Below are positions 49,679 through 63,827 of a stretch of 64,000 nt of DNA, piece by piece; position 1 is the stretch's first letter, and each line of letters opens with the position of its first letter. Origin of the DNA: Amoebophrya sp. A120 (taxonomy: Eukaryota > Protista > Dinoflagellata); NCBI GenBank assembly GCA_905178155.1, contig CAJINV010000003.1, positions 1,018,968 to 1,082,967 of the forward strand. The letters run 5' to 3'. The notes beneath the pieces are model-generated. The model ran no database searches and was not told the DNA's origin. It was given only the letters and a program-made list of their open reading frames with translations. A program made the position numbers and the translations under genes.

Positions 49679-50695
49679 TCTTTTTGCGGTTACTCTTATG
49701 TGTTACGTGAAATTGCACAATAAAGATAAGTACTTACGACTGGAAATGGCAACGAGCGCCCGTACTGGCTCACGGTCTCAAGTTGGTGTTGGTGGTTGTA
49801 AAGGAAGTGAAAAACATCTGTAAAAACAGTAATGACAACATTAGTGTTAGTGAGGCAATCCTAATTATTATCAGACGAGTAGACCGGGAGGGCACGCGGC
49901 AGCTCCTTTCTTGCCCGCGGCTGATACACCATAAAAACGCGGGCGATAATCAAAAATGACATGTGTATGATGGTTGTAGCTATCTGCACATATTTCCCGG
50001 GGAGTAAAACAAGGGCTAAACAACATTAGATTGGGGGAGCTGTGAAAACGAAAAACGCACAAAGTGATGCACGGCGGAGCGATCTCGCAGTCGCATGTAG
50101 GTCAGGAGACACATACTGACGTGGCACGAAAGCACGGACGATATCCGGAATTGTTCAGCAGGGGCTTTGTCACTGCTTGTGGAGGACGAAGACAGCACAG
50201 ACGATGCACGATACCGAACCACAGCTGAAGAAATGAAACGACAGCACCGATTAACGAAGAACCGAAGGTTAACGAAGTAGACTCCAATGCGACAAAGATT
50301 AGGAATAGAAAACGATATTCATACAAGATCATGAGCCAGACAGATTGATACAGAAACAGAAAGTAAGTTGCACATCAGCACGCTTTTCGTTTTCCACGAC
50401 AGCAAGATTTTCGGCGCACGAGCATTTTGAAGGGCGCAATTCAAAAAGTGTCGAAATGTGCAGCAAACTGTGAGTCGCTGCGCGAACAAGCAGATCTTTC
50501 ATATCTCCATCAGACTTTTGTTTATCGAAGCTTAGCTTCAACTTCAAGTAACCCCTCCTCCAACAAAAAAAGCGTCAACATGAGAAAAAAGATCATCATG
50601 TCATCGACATCGTGGTAAGGGAGTACATAACAAGTTGTTGCTTCTACGAGGACCGCACTTTCGGTGATGTTGACGTTGTAACAAAGCGAAGTTTC

Positions 50696-51847
50696 TTACC
50701 TCCCGAGTAGTGGAGTCGCCACCTCGCGGGCGCCGCGCCTGCCCCTGCAGAAACACCTCCTGAATAAACGGCCCGCCCATGACGTTCGGCCGGCAGCTAC
50801 ATCCATCTCGTCCACCGGCTGCATCTCGAGCGGCTGCATCTCGACCCGCACCTCCTTGACCCTCTGCATCTCGTCCGGCCTGTCGAGCGCTTGGAGGACG
50901 TCTTTTCGTGTGGGATATTTTCTGGCCGTCCTCCTCGCTGCTGGCTTTTCCTCTTTGCTGACCGGGTTTTCAATGGCCCACTGCGCCCTGGCCTGTTGTC
51001 TTTCCCAGGCCATGTCCGAGCTGGTCGGCTTGACGTACGCACTTTCGCGCGTTCCGGTTACCGTGTACGTCGGCACCTTCTCGAGAGCCTCCTCGTCGTA
51101 CCCGCCAATAGGAGTGACCTCGAGAAACGTGTTCATCGAACTACTGCCCTCCGGCATCACCACCACCGCGAACAAAAAGTCGCCGAGCGCCATGGAGTCG
51201 CGACCACCCGAAATGTCCTTCAGGCAGGGACATTCACCGCGGTCTAGTGTGTCGTCCTTGTTCCAGTCCAGGCTGATGACGGCGTGGACGTGTCCCTCTT
51301 CGTACAGTTGCTTCGCGTACGCGACATCTCCGCCGGTCAGCTCCACAATCTTCTGCATCACGTCCACTTCGGTACTGTTGAACCCACGGCGCTGCAAACC
51401 TGTGCGAGATCAGATATGTAGTTTTGTCTTCGTTTTTATGAAATAAATGCCCAACACCGAAGCGGGGACGAAAATGGACAATCGTTTACGAAAAAAGACT
51501 CTTGCCCTTCACGTAACGACTTCAACTCCAGGGGAGATCCATAGTACAATGAATAAAAAAAACTATAAACAATGGTAGAAGTAAGTACCCACTTTCACTT
51601 CATACATTTTCTGGAACGCAGCCGCTTCCTCGTCCGTCATGATGAATTCCTTCACCGGGCCAGTGGGCGGGGCCACAGCTGCACCATCCCGCTCACGCAA
51701 GTTCTGTTCTTGGACAACTAGGTCGTTAGTGCCCCGCAGGTTCTGTTCTTGTACCAGGGCGAACACGACGTAAGGGGCTGCAAGCCACCCAGCCAGCAGG
51801 AAGAGGAAAGCCGCCACCATTGCGGGCTTCTTAACGTTTGAAACCAT
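50696..51847 (-). CDS. Putative secreted/membrane-anchored protein with an EF-hand-like loop
   Basis: ORF 51563..51847 (hydrophobic leader, LVQEQNLR twice) joins ORF 50696..51397 by GT-AG intron 51400-51588. DWNKDDTLDRGE fits the 12-residue EF-hand loop. Confidence 0.6.
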
Positions 51848-52423
51848 GATGTTCCGCTTCTTTTCACTACCGCGTACTTAGATTCGATAGCACGAGAGAC
51901 GCTGGCGCACAGCAAGACGTTAGTCTCACTTTTCCTTGTCCCTGTCACCACTTCTGCGGGCGGCAACCAGCTTGAGCGCGCGCGGAAGATCAAAAATAAA
52001 TTTCGTTTGTTCGGTGAAAAATGAGAGACCGCGATCATGTGATGTGATGTATCGAGCAACCTCAAACTCAATCTCAACAAACACATACCAAGCTGATGAT
52101 CTCTTGCTACAGCGATGCCTCGCATGCGTTGTGCTCCTCATACTCTCCTCTCATTCAAAAAAATATCCGTCGCGCAGCTTCACGGACAGTCGCGCACGCG
52201 CAGAGCAAAATTTTCGCAGAGAGTGACGCACCGATAAGGCGCGCGCGCGTCAACAACTGGTGGGAAAGCACACCGAAGACAAATCATATTGGTCTCCCAT
52301 TCCAAGACCAAAGAAAACGAAAACCACAGACATACAGATAAATTGCATATCGGCACACTCAACTCGAACCGAGAACACCAACGATCATAGACGAAAGGAA
52401 AAAAGAAGGTTGTTCCTGTGTTT

Positions 52424-52523
52424 NNNNNNNNNNNNNNNNNNNNNNNNNNNNNNNNNNNNNNNNNNNNNNNNNNNNNNNNNNNNNNNNNNNNNNNNNNNNN
52501 NNNNNNNNNNNNNNNNNNNNNNN
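52424..52523. other. Assembly gap (100 N)
   Basis: Run of exactly 100 N directly abutting the satellite. Confidence 0.99.
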
Positions 52524-55500
52524 TGCAAAATGTCCTGAAAATGAAAAACCTTCGCCCGCTTGGTACTACGGGATCCCCGCGGCCCGGGCGGACCCAGGGG
52601 ATCCCGCGATACTAAGCGGGAGTAGGTTTGCCACTGACAGCAAAACACTCTGAAAGTGGGAAACCTACTCCCGCTTGGTCTTACGGGACCCCCTGGGCGC
52701 GCCTGGGCCGCGGGGATCCCGCAGTACCAAGCGGGAGTAGGTTTGCCCATAACAGCAAAACTTTGCAAAATGTCCTGAAAATGAAAAACCTTCGCCCGCT
52801 TGGTACTACGGGATCCCCGCGGCCCGGGCGGACCCAGGGGATCCCGCAATACCAAGCGGGAGTAGGTTTGCCAATGACAGCAAAACATTCTGAAAGTGGG
52901 AAACCTACTCCCGCTTGGTATTACGGGATCCCCTGGGTCCGCCTGGGCCGCGGGGATCCCGCAGTACCAAGCGGGAGTAGGTTTGCCCATAACAGCAAAA
53001 CTTTGCAAAATGTCCTGAAAATGAAAAACCTTCGCCCGCTTGGTACTACGGGATCCCCGCGGCCCGGGCGGACCCAGGGGATCCCGCAATACCAAGCGGG
53101 AGTAGGTTTGCCAATGACAGCAAAACATTCTGAAAGTGGGAAACCTACTCCCGCTTGGTATTACGGGATCCCCTGGGTCCGCCTGGGCCGCGGGGATCCC
53201 GCAGTACCAAGCGGGAGTAGGTTTGCCCATAACAGCAAAACTTTGCAAAATGTCCTGAAAATGAAAAACCTTCGCCCGCTTGGTACTACGGGATCCCCGC
53301 GGCCCGGGCGGACCCAGGGGATCCCGCAATACCAAGCGGGAGTAGGTTTGCCAATGACAGCAAAACATTCTGAAAGTGGGAAACCTACTCCCGCTTGGTA
53401 TTACGGGATCCCCTGGGTCCGCCTGGGCCGCGGGGATCCCGCAGTACCAAGCGGGAGTAGGTTTGCCCATAACAGCAAAACTTTGCAAAATGTCCTGAAA
53501 ATGAAAAACCTTCGCCCGCTTGGTACTACGGGATCCCCGCGGCCCGGGCGGACCCAGGGGATCCCGCAATACCAAGCGGGAGTAGGTTTGCCAATGACAG
53601 CAAAACATTCTGAAAGTGGGAAACCTACTCCCGCTTGGTATTACGGGATCCCCTGGGTCCGCCTGGGCCGCGGGGATCCCGCAGTACCAAGCGGGAGTAG
53701 GTTTGCCCATAACAGCAAAACTTTGCAAAATGTCCTGAAAATGAAAAACCTTCGCCCGCTTGGTACTACGGGATCCCCGCGGCCCGGGCGGACCCAGGGG
53801 ATCCCGCAATACCAAGCGGGAGTAGGTTTGCCAATGACAGCAAAACATTCTGAAAGTGGGAAACCTACTCCCGCTTGGTATTACGGGATCCCCTGGGTCC
53901 GCCTGGGCCGCGGGGATCCCGCAGTACCAAGCGGGAGTAGGTTTGCCCATAACAGCAAAACTTTGCAAAATGTCCTGAAAATGAAAAACCTTCGCCCGCT
54001 TGGTACTACGGGATCCCCGCGGCCCGGGCGGACCCAGGGGATCCCGCAATACCAAGCGGGAGTAGGTTTGCCAATGACAGCAAAACATTCTGAAAGTGGG
54101 AAACCTACTCCCGCTTGGTATTACGGGATCCCCTGGGTCCGCCTGGGCCGCGGGGATCCCGCAGTACCAAGCGGGAGTAGGTTTGCCCATAACAGCAAAA
54201 CTTTGCAAAATGTCCTGAAAATGAAAAACCTTCGCCCGCTTGGTACTACGGGATCCCCGCGGCCCGGGCGGACCCAGGGGATCCCGCAATACCAAGCGGG
54301 AGTAGGTTTGCCAATGACAGCAAAACATTCTGAAAGTGGGAAACCTACTCCCGCTTGGTATTACGGGATCCCCTGGGTCCGCCTGGGCCGCGGGGATCCC
54401 GCAGTACCAAGCGGGAGTAGGTTTGCCCATAACAGCAAAACTTTGCAAAATGTCCTGAAAATGAAAAACCTTCGCCCGCTTGGTACTACGGGATCCCCGC
54501 GGCCCGGGCGGACCCAGGGGATCCCGCAATACCAAGCGGGAGTAGGTTTGCCAATGACAGCAAAACATTCTGAAAGTGGGAAACCTACTCCCGCTTGGTA
54601 TTACGGGATCCCCTGGGTCCGCCTGGGCCGCGGGGATCCCGCAGTACCAAGCGGGAGTAGGTTTGCCCATAACAGCAAAACTTTGCAAAATGTCCTGAAA
54701 ATGAAAAACCTTCGCCCGCTTGGTACTACGGGATCCCCGCGGCCCGGGCGGACCCAGGGGATCCCGCAATACCAAGCGGGAGTAGGTTTGCCAATGACAG
54801 CAAAACATTCTGAAAGTGGGAAACCTACTCCCGCTTGGTATTACGGGATCCCCTGGGTCCGCCTGGGCCGCGGGGATCCCGCAGTACCAAGCGGGAGTAG
54901 GTTTGCCCATAACAGCAAAACTTTGCAAAATGTCCTGAAAATGAAAAACCTTCGCCCGCTTGGTACTACGGGATCCCCGCGGCCCGGGCGGACCCAGGGG
55001 ATCCCGCAATACCAAGCGGGAGTAGGTTTGCCAATGACAGCAAAACATTCTGAAAGTGGGAAACCTACTCCCGCTTGGTATTACGGGATCCCCTGGGTCC
55101 GCCTGGGCCGCGGGGATCCCGCAGTACCAAGCGGGAGTAGGTTTGCCCATAACAGCAAAACTTTGCAAAATGTCCTGAAAATGAAAAACCTTCGCCCGCT
55201 TGGTACTACGGGATCCCCGCGGCCCGGGCGGACCCAGGGGATCCCGCAATACCAAGCGGGAGTAGGTTTGCCAATGACAGCAAAACATTCTGAAAGTGGG
55301 AAACCTACTCCCGCTTGGTATTACGGGATCCCCTGGGTCCGCCTGGGCCGCGGGGATCCCGCAGTACCAAGCGGGAGTAGGTTTGCCCATAACAGCAAAA
55401 CTTTGCAAAATGTCCTGAAAATGAAAAACCTTCGCCCGCTTGGTACTACGGGATCCCCGCGGCCCGGGCGGACCCAGGGGATCCCGCAATACCAAGCGGG

Positions 55501-58500
55501 AGTAGGTTTGCCAATGACAGCAAAACATTCTGAAAGTGGGAAACCTACTCCCGCTTGGTATTACGGGATCCCCTGGGTCCGCCTGGGCCGCGGGGATCCC
55601 GCAGTACCAAGCGGGAGTAGGTTTGCCCATAACAGCAAAACTTTGCAAAATGTCCTGAAAATGAAAAACCTTCGCCCGCTTGGTACTACGGGATCCCCGC
55701 GGCCCGGGCGGACCCAGGGGATCCCGCAATACCAAGCGGGAGTAGGTTTGCCAATGACAGCAAAACATTCTGAAAGTGGGAAACCTACTCCCGCTTGGTA
55801 TTACGGGATCCCCTGGGTCCGCCTGGGCCGCGGGGATCCCGCAGTACCAAGCGGGAGTAGGTTTGCCCATAACAGCAAAACTTTGCAAAATGTCCTGAAA
55901 ATGAAAAACCTTCGCCCGCTTGGTACTACGGGATCCCCGCGGCCCGGGCGGACCCAGGGGATCCCGCAATACCAAGCGGGAGTAGGTTTGCCAATGACAG
56001 CAAAACATTCTGAAAGTGGGAAACCTACTCCCGCTTGGTATTACGGGATCCCCTGGGTCCGCCTGGGCCGCGGGGATCCCGCAGTACCAAGCGGGAGTAG
56101 GTTTGCCCATAACAGCAAAACTTTGCAAAATGTCCTGAAAATGAAAAACCTTCGCCCGCTTGGTACTACGGGATCCCCGCGGCCCGGGCGGACCCAGGGG
56201 ATCCCGCAATACCAAGCGGGAGTAGGTTTGCCAATGACAGCAAAACATTCTGAAAGTGGGAAACCTACTCCCGCTTGGTATTACGGGATCCCCTGGGTCC
56301 GCCTGGGCCGCGGGGATCCCGCAGTACCAAGCGGGAGTAGGTTTGCCCATAACAGCAAAACTTTGCAAAATGTCCTGAAAATGAAAAACCTTCGCCCGCT
56401 TGGTACTACGGGATCCCCGCGGCCCGGGCGGACCCAGGGGATCCCGCAATACCAAGCGGGAGTAGGTTTGCCAATGACAGCAAAACATTCTGAAAGTGGG
56501 AAACCTACTCCCGCTTGGTATTACGGGATCCCCTGGGTCCGCCTGGGCCGCGGGGATCCCGCAGTACCAAGCGGGAGTAGGTTTGCCCATAACAGCAAAA
56601 CTTTGCAAAATGTCCTGAAAATGAAAAACCTTCGCCCGCTTGGTACTACGGGATCCCCGCGGCCCGGGCGGACCCAGGGGATCCCGCAATACCAAGCGGG
56701 AGTAGGTTTGCCAATGACAGCAAAACATTCTGAAAGTGGGAAACCTACTCCCGCTTGGTATTACGGGATCCCCTGGGTCCGCCTGGGCCGCGGGGATCCC
56801 GCAGTACCAAGCGGGAGTAGGTTTGCCCATAACAGCAAAACTTTGCAAAATGTCCTGAAAATGAAAAACCTTCGCCCGCTTGGTACTACGGGATCCCCGC
56901 GGCCCGGGCGGACCCAGGGGATCCCGCAATACCAAGCGGGAGTAGGTTTGCCAATGACAGCAAAACATTCTGAAAGTGGGAAACCTACTCCCGCTTGGTA
57001 TTACGGGATCCCCTGGGTCCGCCTGGGCCGCGGGGATCCCGCAGTACCAAGCGGGAGTAGGTTTGCCCATAACAGCAAAACTTTGCAAAATGTCCTGAAA
57101 ATGAAAAACCTTCGCCCGCTTGGTACTACGGGATCCCCGCGGCCCGGGCGGACCCAGGGGATCCCGCAATACCAAGCGGGAGTAGGTTTGCCAATGACAG
57201 CAAAACATTCTGAAAGTGGGAAACCTACTCCCGCTTGGTATTACGGGATCCCCTGGGTCCGCCTGGGCCGCGGGGATCCCGCAGTACCAAGCGGGAGTAG
57301 GTTTGCCCATAACAGCAAAACTTTGCAAAATGTCCTGAAAATGAAAAACCTTCGCCCGCTTGGTACTACGGGATCCCCGCGGCCCGGGCGGACCCAGGGG
57401 ATCCCGCAATACCAAGCGGGAGTAGGTTTGCCAATGACAGCAAAACATTCTGAAAGTGGGAAACCTACTCCCGCTTGGTATTACGGGATCCCCTGGGTCC
57501 GCCTGGGCCGCGGGGATCCCGCAGTACCAAGCGGGAGTAGGTTTGCCCATAACAGCAAAACTTTGCAAAATGTCCTGAAAATGAAAAACCTTCGCCCGCT
57601 TGGTACTACGGGATCCCCGCGGCCCGGGCGGACCCAGGGGATCCCGCAATACCAAGCGGGAGTAGGTTTGCCAATGACAGCAAAACATTCTGAAAGTGGG
57701 AAACCTACTCCCGCTTGGTATTACGGGATCCCCTGGGTCCGCCTGGGCCGCGGGGATCCCGCAGTACCAAGCGGGAGTAGGTTTGCCCATAACAGCAAAA
57801 CTTTGCAAAATGTCCTGAAAATGAAAAACCTTCGCCCGCTTGGTACTACGGGATCCCCGCGGCCCGGGCGGACCCAGGGGATCCCGCAATACCAAGCGGG
57901 AGTAGGTTTGCCAATGACAGCAAAACATTCTGAAAGTGGGAAACCTACTCCCGCTTGGTATTACGGGATCCCCTGGGTCCGCCTGGGCCGCGGGGATCCC
58001 GCAGTACCAAGCGGGAGTAGGTTTGCCCATAACAGCAAAACTTTGCAAAATGTCCTGAAAATGAAAAACCTTCGCCCGCTTGGTACTACGGGATCCCCGC
58101 GGCCCGGGCGGACCCAGGGGATCCCGCAATACCAAGCGGGAGTAGGTTTGCCAATGACAGCAAAACATTCTGAAAGTGGGAAACCTACTCCCGCTTGGTA
58201 TTACGGGATCCCCTGGGTCCGCCTGGGCCGCGGGGATCCCGCAGTACCAAGCGGGAGTAGGTTTGCCCATAACAGCAAAACTTTGCAAAATGTCCTGAAA
58301 ATGAAAAACCTTCGCCCGCTTGGTACTACGGGATCCCCGCGGCCCGGGCGGACCCAGGGGATCCCGCAATACCAAGCGGGAGTAGGTTTGCCAATGACAG
58401 CAAAACATTCTGAAAGTGGGAAACCTACTCCCGCTTGGTATTACGGGATCCCCTGGGTCCGCCTGGGCCGCGGGGATCCCGCAGTACCAAGCGGGAGTAG

Positions 58501-58727
58501 GTTTGCCCATAACACCAAAACTTTGCAAAATGTCCGGAAAATGAAAAACCTTCGCCCGCTCGGTACTACGGGATCCCCGCGGCCCGGGCGGACCCAGGGG
58601 ATCCCGCAATACCAAGCGGGAGTGGGTTCGCCCATACTTAACAGCAAAACATCCCGGTTGCCCACTCTAGCAAAACTGGTGCGGAGCCAGGGGATCCCAT
58701 AATATCAAGTGGGAGTAGGTTTGCCCA
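52524..58727. repeat. 240-bp tandem satellite, 25 full units plus a degenerate partial unit
   Basis: Sequence recurs every four 60-nt lines from 52524 to 58523. Visible variants occur only in the first and last units; decays by ~58727. Confidence 0.98.
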
Positions 58728-59821
58728 CGACACGTAATACTCAGGGAGTCCCTTACTTCGAGTTCTGCGCGTCACATCATTCACGGTTACGACCATGATC
58801 CTGCGCCTTCTCGTTCTCATCTTGATCTTCCTGATGGAGCAAACTTCTAAACTACAATTGAATGCAAAAGTCAAAGCAAAAGTTCAGGTCTGCAAGTTTT
58901 TCAATCCGACATATCACGCAGCCAGTAGAGGGGTAAAATTAGAGGAGGTAAGTTCAAGCTGCACGACTTCAAGAGCTGAGCGCAAGCTGAAGTCCAGTGG
59001 CGGCGGTACCGCACGTGGTGGCGTTCTAGATACATTCTCATAATTCTAATTGCTTTATTTTGTTAAAGTTTGTAGTCTGCAAGTGCTTTTCGATAAAGTG
59101 TGTGGTCTGAAACAAGGTACTGGAAACATAACAAGGTTTTTCTTTTTTCTTTGAAATGGTAGATAAAGTTGGTTCGATAGGGACACGATCGCGCAGCCGA
59201 TTCTACTTCAATCAAAGATGAAGTAAGCATGCAGCTACATCATCAGGATCTTCGTCCCAAAATTCTTCACGAGAGATCCATCTTGATCTTCAAGAGAAGT
59301 ACAGTCTCATTGCTAACACACAACTGCCACAACAGCTGCGGGCATCAATGAAGTTTTAAATAAACCGTAGTCTTAACATCTTTAAAGCAGTATTAAAATT
59401 GAAGCCATATATAGAAGATTTTTGAGCAGGAGAATACACTCGAGCGTATTCAACAAGGAGAACAAGCTCTCTATCAATCTTGTACAATAATACTGCACGG
59501 GTCTTTTCAGCTGCATGCCCCTAACCCTAGCGTCAAAAGCATCCCAGCAAAAAATAAACGCATCGATCATATTATCAATATCTGCGAGAGTCTGTCTCTG
59601 TGGCTGTGCTATTTGTTTTTCATGGAAATCGAATTGTATACAAAGGTTTAAATCCCGTAGAAGTAGACTTCGGTCTTGTAGCACCCACGGATGCAGCTTC
59701 TTGATTCAACATTTCTAACTCTAAGTAACATCTTCATCAGCAAATCTTTGCAAAAGCTGCATATGCATTGCAAACTCTACATTTTTCCTTTTCGACTAAA
59801 CCCCGAGTGAAGAAGTGAGAA

Positions 59822-61645
59822 TCAGATTGACGTGTGCTGCCTCTCCCTGTCCGCCAGATCTCTCATTCCGGTAAACTCGCGAGGCAAGTTGATTTTGAAA
59901 AACGTCGTCATTGTAGGTGCTCTGACGCCAGCGGCTTGCTTTCCGACGTACTTCTCGAACGTTCCGCTGCTGACGGCCTGTTGCAGAAACGCCTTGCTCG
60001 CGTTGATATTCGCCCGTGACTTGGCGAAGCGAACGATCTCGTGTTCCGTGACGACGTATCCGTACAACGCTTTGGTTTCACCATTGTCTGCGGTATCCAT
60101 TTGGACAGCTTCCCCATCTCATCCGCGTAAGTAAGTAAGTATCTTTTGAATAATAAAGGTAGCTGGAAGTAGATGATCACTGCAATCATGAAAATTGCAG
60201 AACGCGTACTTCGTTGTAGTGCTAGAGCGGCAAATTTCCTGTTCCTTGTGAGTGTTCATAAGAAAAATTTGTCCCTCGTGCTCGTGCAATAAATATTATC
60301 GCAGCTGCAAATAATCACAGTGACGCGTGTGCTTGGTCATTTATATCACAGCGAAAAAAATGAAGACGAGAATTCTTGAAATGGAATTCATCGACATTTG
60401 CATGCTCACAGATGAGAGTTCGGATGGGGAGTTGTGCAGCCTCATACAGCGTAATTGTCTTCGGGTCGATTTCGTACTTAAACAGCGTCTGGTGCTGTTC
60501 CTTGTGATCCGCCCCGGTCTTCTGCGGACTCGAGGACCCCGGTTTGCCGGACACCTTCTTGCGGGGCGATGAAGCGTTGTTCTCCGGCTTAACGATCGCC
60601 TGTCACAGCGGAGGTGTGTGGGAGTCATTGGTAAAAACAATCAAGAGACCTACAAACTTCGATCTCCTCACTGTCATTTTTGGAGGTTGTCTATGTCTAC
60701 TAACTTACACATCAAAAACATTGCGTTTTACTCTAGAAGAAATAGGAATACAGATACACGGTGGATTCGGTACAGAAAATACTTACCTCAAGCAGCTTGA
60801 TCATGTCGTTCTTTTGTAACTCGGCGCCGAAAACCGGTTCGTCGGAATTGTAAAGCCATCCAAGGAAAAAACATTGTTAGTGTAACTTTGTCTTCTTGCT
60901 CGCGATATTGCAAAATCGTCATAATTGACCAGTACAACTAGCTTCTCTCTCACGTGGTTTCAATTACTATCTGCGCATGGCAAGTTTCTGCTGTTATGTT
61001 GCCAGACAGGTTTATATTCATAGTACTGCCATGATTAGCCTATGCCCAACAAACACCACTTTGCACCATCAATGTTTTTCTCTTGAATAAAAGCTCCGTG
61101 ACTTTCAATATCTTCTCAAATTGATCCACTCGTGGTGTGAAAGTGGACAAAACTCTTCCGACCCCAGCGCATTTGAGCGGCATCAGGATGAGCAGCAACA
61201 GAAGCGGAGGGCCCACTAGTACTACGTACAAATCATAAATGTAGCGACAAATCGATGATCCGACCATGCCCCGAGTTCTGGAAGGCAAGAAGGAAGGATA
61301 AAGTTTGTGATTGTGTTGGTAATAGTTATGGTATTGGTACATATTTTTTTGCATAACAAACGAGGTAGAGGGGGAGTTGTCGTGCACTTTCATACCGGCG
61401 TCACGTGCCGCGGTGCAGTACACAACCTTCATCTCCCGGATGGCCTGTCTTCGCCCCGACTTCACCTCCTCGGACGGGTTCAGCATGTCTCGCAAGACGG
61501 CCTTCTGCGTCGCCAACAGTCGTATGCAGTGCAAAAATTTTAGCTCATCTTCGGTAGCACCGGACCATCCTCCACCTGCAGATCCCGCATGAGTCTGCTG
61601 CGTATTTTTCCATGCTCTTCTCGCCAGCTCGACGAGATCCAGCAC
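59822..61645 (-). CDS. Probable exons of a multi-exon hypothetical gene (possibly the 3' part of the 62864-63827 gene)
   Basis: Short minus-strand ORFs with GT-AG-compatible junctions, e.g. MIKLLE|AIVKPENNASSPRKKVSGKPG across ~60600-60787. Full structure not resolved. Confidence 0.4.
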
Positions 61646-62863
61646 TGAAACAAAAACAATGTATGGTATCTATCTCGTCCCACCGACAAAAAACAAAAAG
61701 CAACCGAAAGCAGCTGCACCAAGCACAGCAAGAGCATACACATCCATGCATTACAAACTAGTAGGATGCTGAACTTCGTTTTATAATTGTATAATTGTAT
61801 TTGATGTGCGCTGTGTGGTGCCACGTTTGATGACTGCCATGCAATACATACGGGATAATCTGTTCACGCTCCAACTTGAACCCGGCTTCGTCTTCGCGCA
61901 GCAGATAATTCTTGTTTAAAACCCTTTCCTCGAACCCTTTCGGAAATAACCTGATTTGAGTTTCGGGTTTTCAGTTCGAAGATAAGAATAACATAGTTGG
62001 CTCTTATTTGTCTACTTATCATATACTTTATTCCCTTCTCCATATGTTTTGCTTTATTTGGCTTGTATTTAAATTCGTCGTAGATTGCCATATGAAGTCC
62101 AGCAAGATCCTACAAGCGCAGACCGGTTGTACGAGAACAAAAGGCAGGACCCCTACAACCAAGCACCGCTGGGTACTGCGCGCCATGCATGGGGGTCCCA
62201 TCTTCCCAGTAAAAAGCGTATAGAAGCAAAGTCGATCAATTTCGCGGACGTATCCGCGAAATTTCAAAGTGTTTTTCTTTTTTCCCTTCAAGCAGGAGCA
62301 TAATAAACTACGTCGGTTTACAACGGTATAGATACACAAAGCCTACAGGCAGGTCCTCTGCTGAGGAGATCGCAAAAGAAAAGCAGATGCCAAGAAATGC
62401 TTGAATGATGGTTTTCCGCAACCGAGCCCAGGCGGATGACCGCAGAAAAGATTTGGTGTGCGGGGTTGCCTGGTAAAGCGCCCAAATCCGCGAAATTTTA
62501 AAATTTTACTTTTATCGCAGACCAATATCAAATCGAGCTTTGGAAATGCGATCTCATAGCACAGTGCCGATCTGTGGAACGAAAAGAAAAAAGCTTCTGC
62601 AGGTTCTTTGTTTTCGCAAGCTTACAGAAAGGCGTGTGTCATCATGGGTCGCCCACCTGGACATTTTTTGTTTTCAAAACTTTGTTTGTATCTAATACGA
62701 AGCAACGGAACAAATCGGCGCGCTTCTGCGGTCCGAGGATAGCTTATGCCTTTCCTTGAAGCAGAATTATTTATGATCCACAGCAGTAAAACCAAAATAG
62801 TTGTGAGAGAGTTATATTTATACGTGCAAACGACTTCCGGAACCGGTACATTCAGCAACGCCA

Positions 62864-63827
62864 TTAACTCCGTGATCGTCGGCCGGTCCTCAGGGCAGAA
62901 TCTTGATTATGCAATGCAAATAAGGTATTGCACACAAACGCGAAGCGCCACGAGCAAGACACACGGACCTCAAGAAACGCGGCCCAAGGCCAAGAAGCGT
63001 TAAAACCTCCTCCAACAAGAAAACCAGCCTCCAGCATCAGTAGTTGCAGTTGGCCCAGTGGTGCTTGCTTCATCAGGTGTGCGCGCAATACATGTACAAC
63101 TTCTGCTTTGCATATTAGCATGGAAAACACGATTTTCCGCCCAAAATCGCCGTAGTGTTCCAGGATTTTCCGCCATTTACTGGCCAGCTTCCGCAGCTCG
63201 TCGTGCTGCGCGTGGAGGGCAGGAGGAAGAAACTGCGTTTTGAACCCGAAAGTCGCATCAATCGGCGCTTCCTCGAACTCCAGCGGAATGTCGCAGAAAC
63301 CCATGCACCCGGGCTGTGCCTGTTTCGCGACCCGGGTGGGTTTCTTGTCCGCGGTAGAGGGGTGGTTTCCCGCCTCCGTAACCAGCATGTGCAGCCCGGC
63401 GGACTGCAGCTCCTGCCCGAAAGATCCGATGAACCGCGCCGTGCCGCAGGGGGTTTCGGAGGTCGTCGTTGAGCTTGAGGAGGAGGCCTTCAACATACTC
63501 CCATCGGCGGGGCGGTCCAGGATCCTTTTACTTTCGTCTGCTCCCTTGTTCATCAGATCCACTAAAAAAACCGCGAGCATGCCGATGTCCACCTGCTTGC
63601 CGAACCGAACCGGATCGGGCTGCTCCAAGATGCGGGCCTTGTAGGTCCCGAGCCGCGTAATTGGGTTCAACGTCTTTTCGCGCAGTTCCCGCGCCGCGTT
63701 CTGCTCCTCCGGCGACGGCATCTTGAGCATCGTCCGAATGTAGTCCGACAACCGCCTCCCGCGGTTTTCCTTCTTCTTGCTGAACACCCCGGGTTTGCCC
63801 AGGACGTCGAAATGGTGGTCGATTTGC
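62864..63827 (-). CDS. Hypothetical protein, internal exon (5' end beyond window)
   Basis: 307-aa ORF with GC3-rich codon usage like the other genes, abutting a family A TIR at 63828. No domain recognised. Confidence 0.55.

Noticed and set aside
52385-58702. 2076-aa and 2024-aa ORFs on opposite strands
   Set aside because: By-products of a stop-free 240-bp (divisible by 3) repeat; one runs through the N gap.
52524-58727. CRISPR array interpretation of the palindromic repeats
   Set aside because: The intervening sequences are identical in every unit (no unique spacers), there are no cas genes, and the context is eukaryotic.
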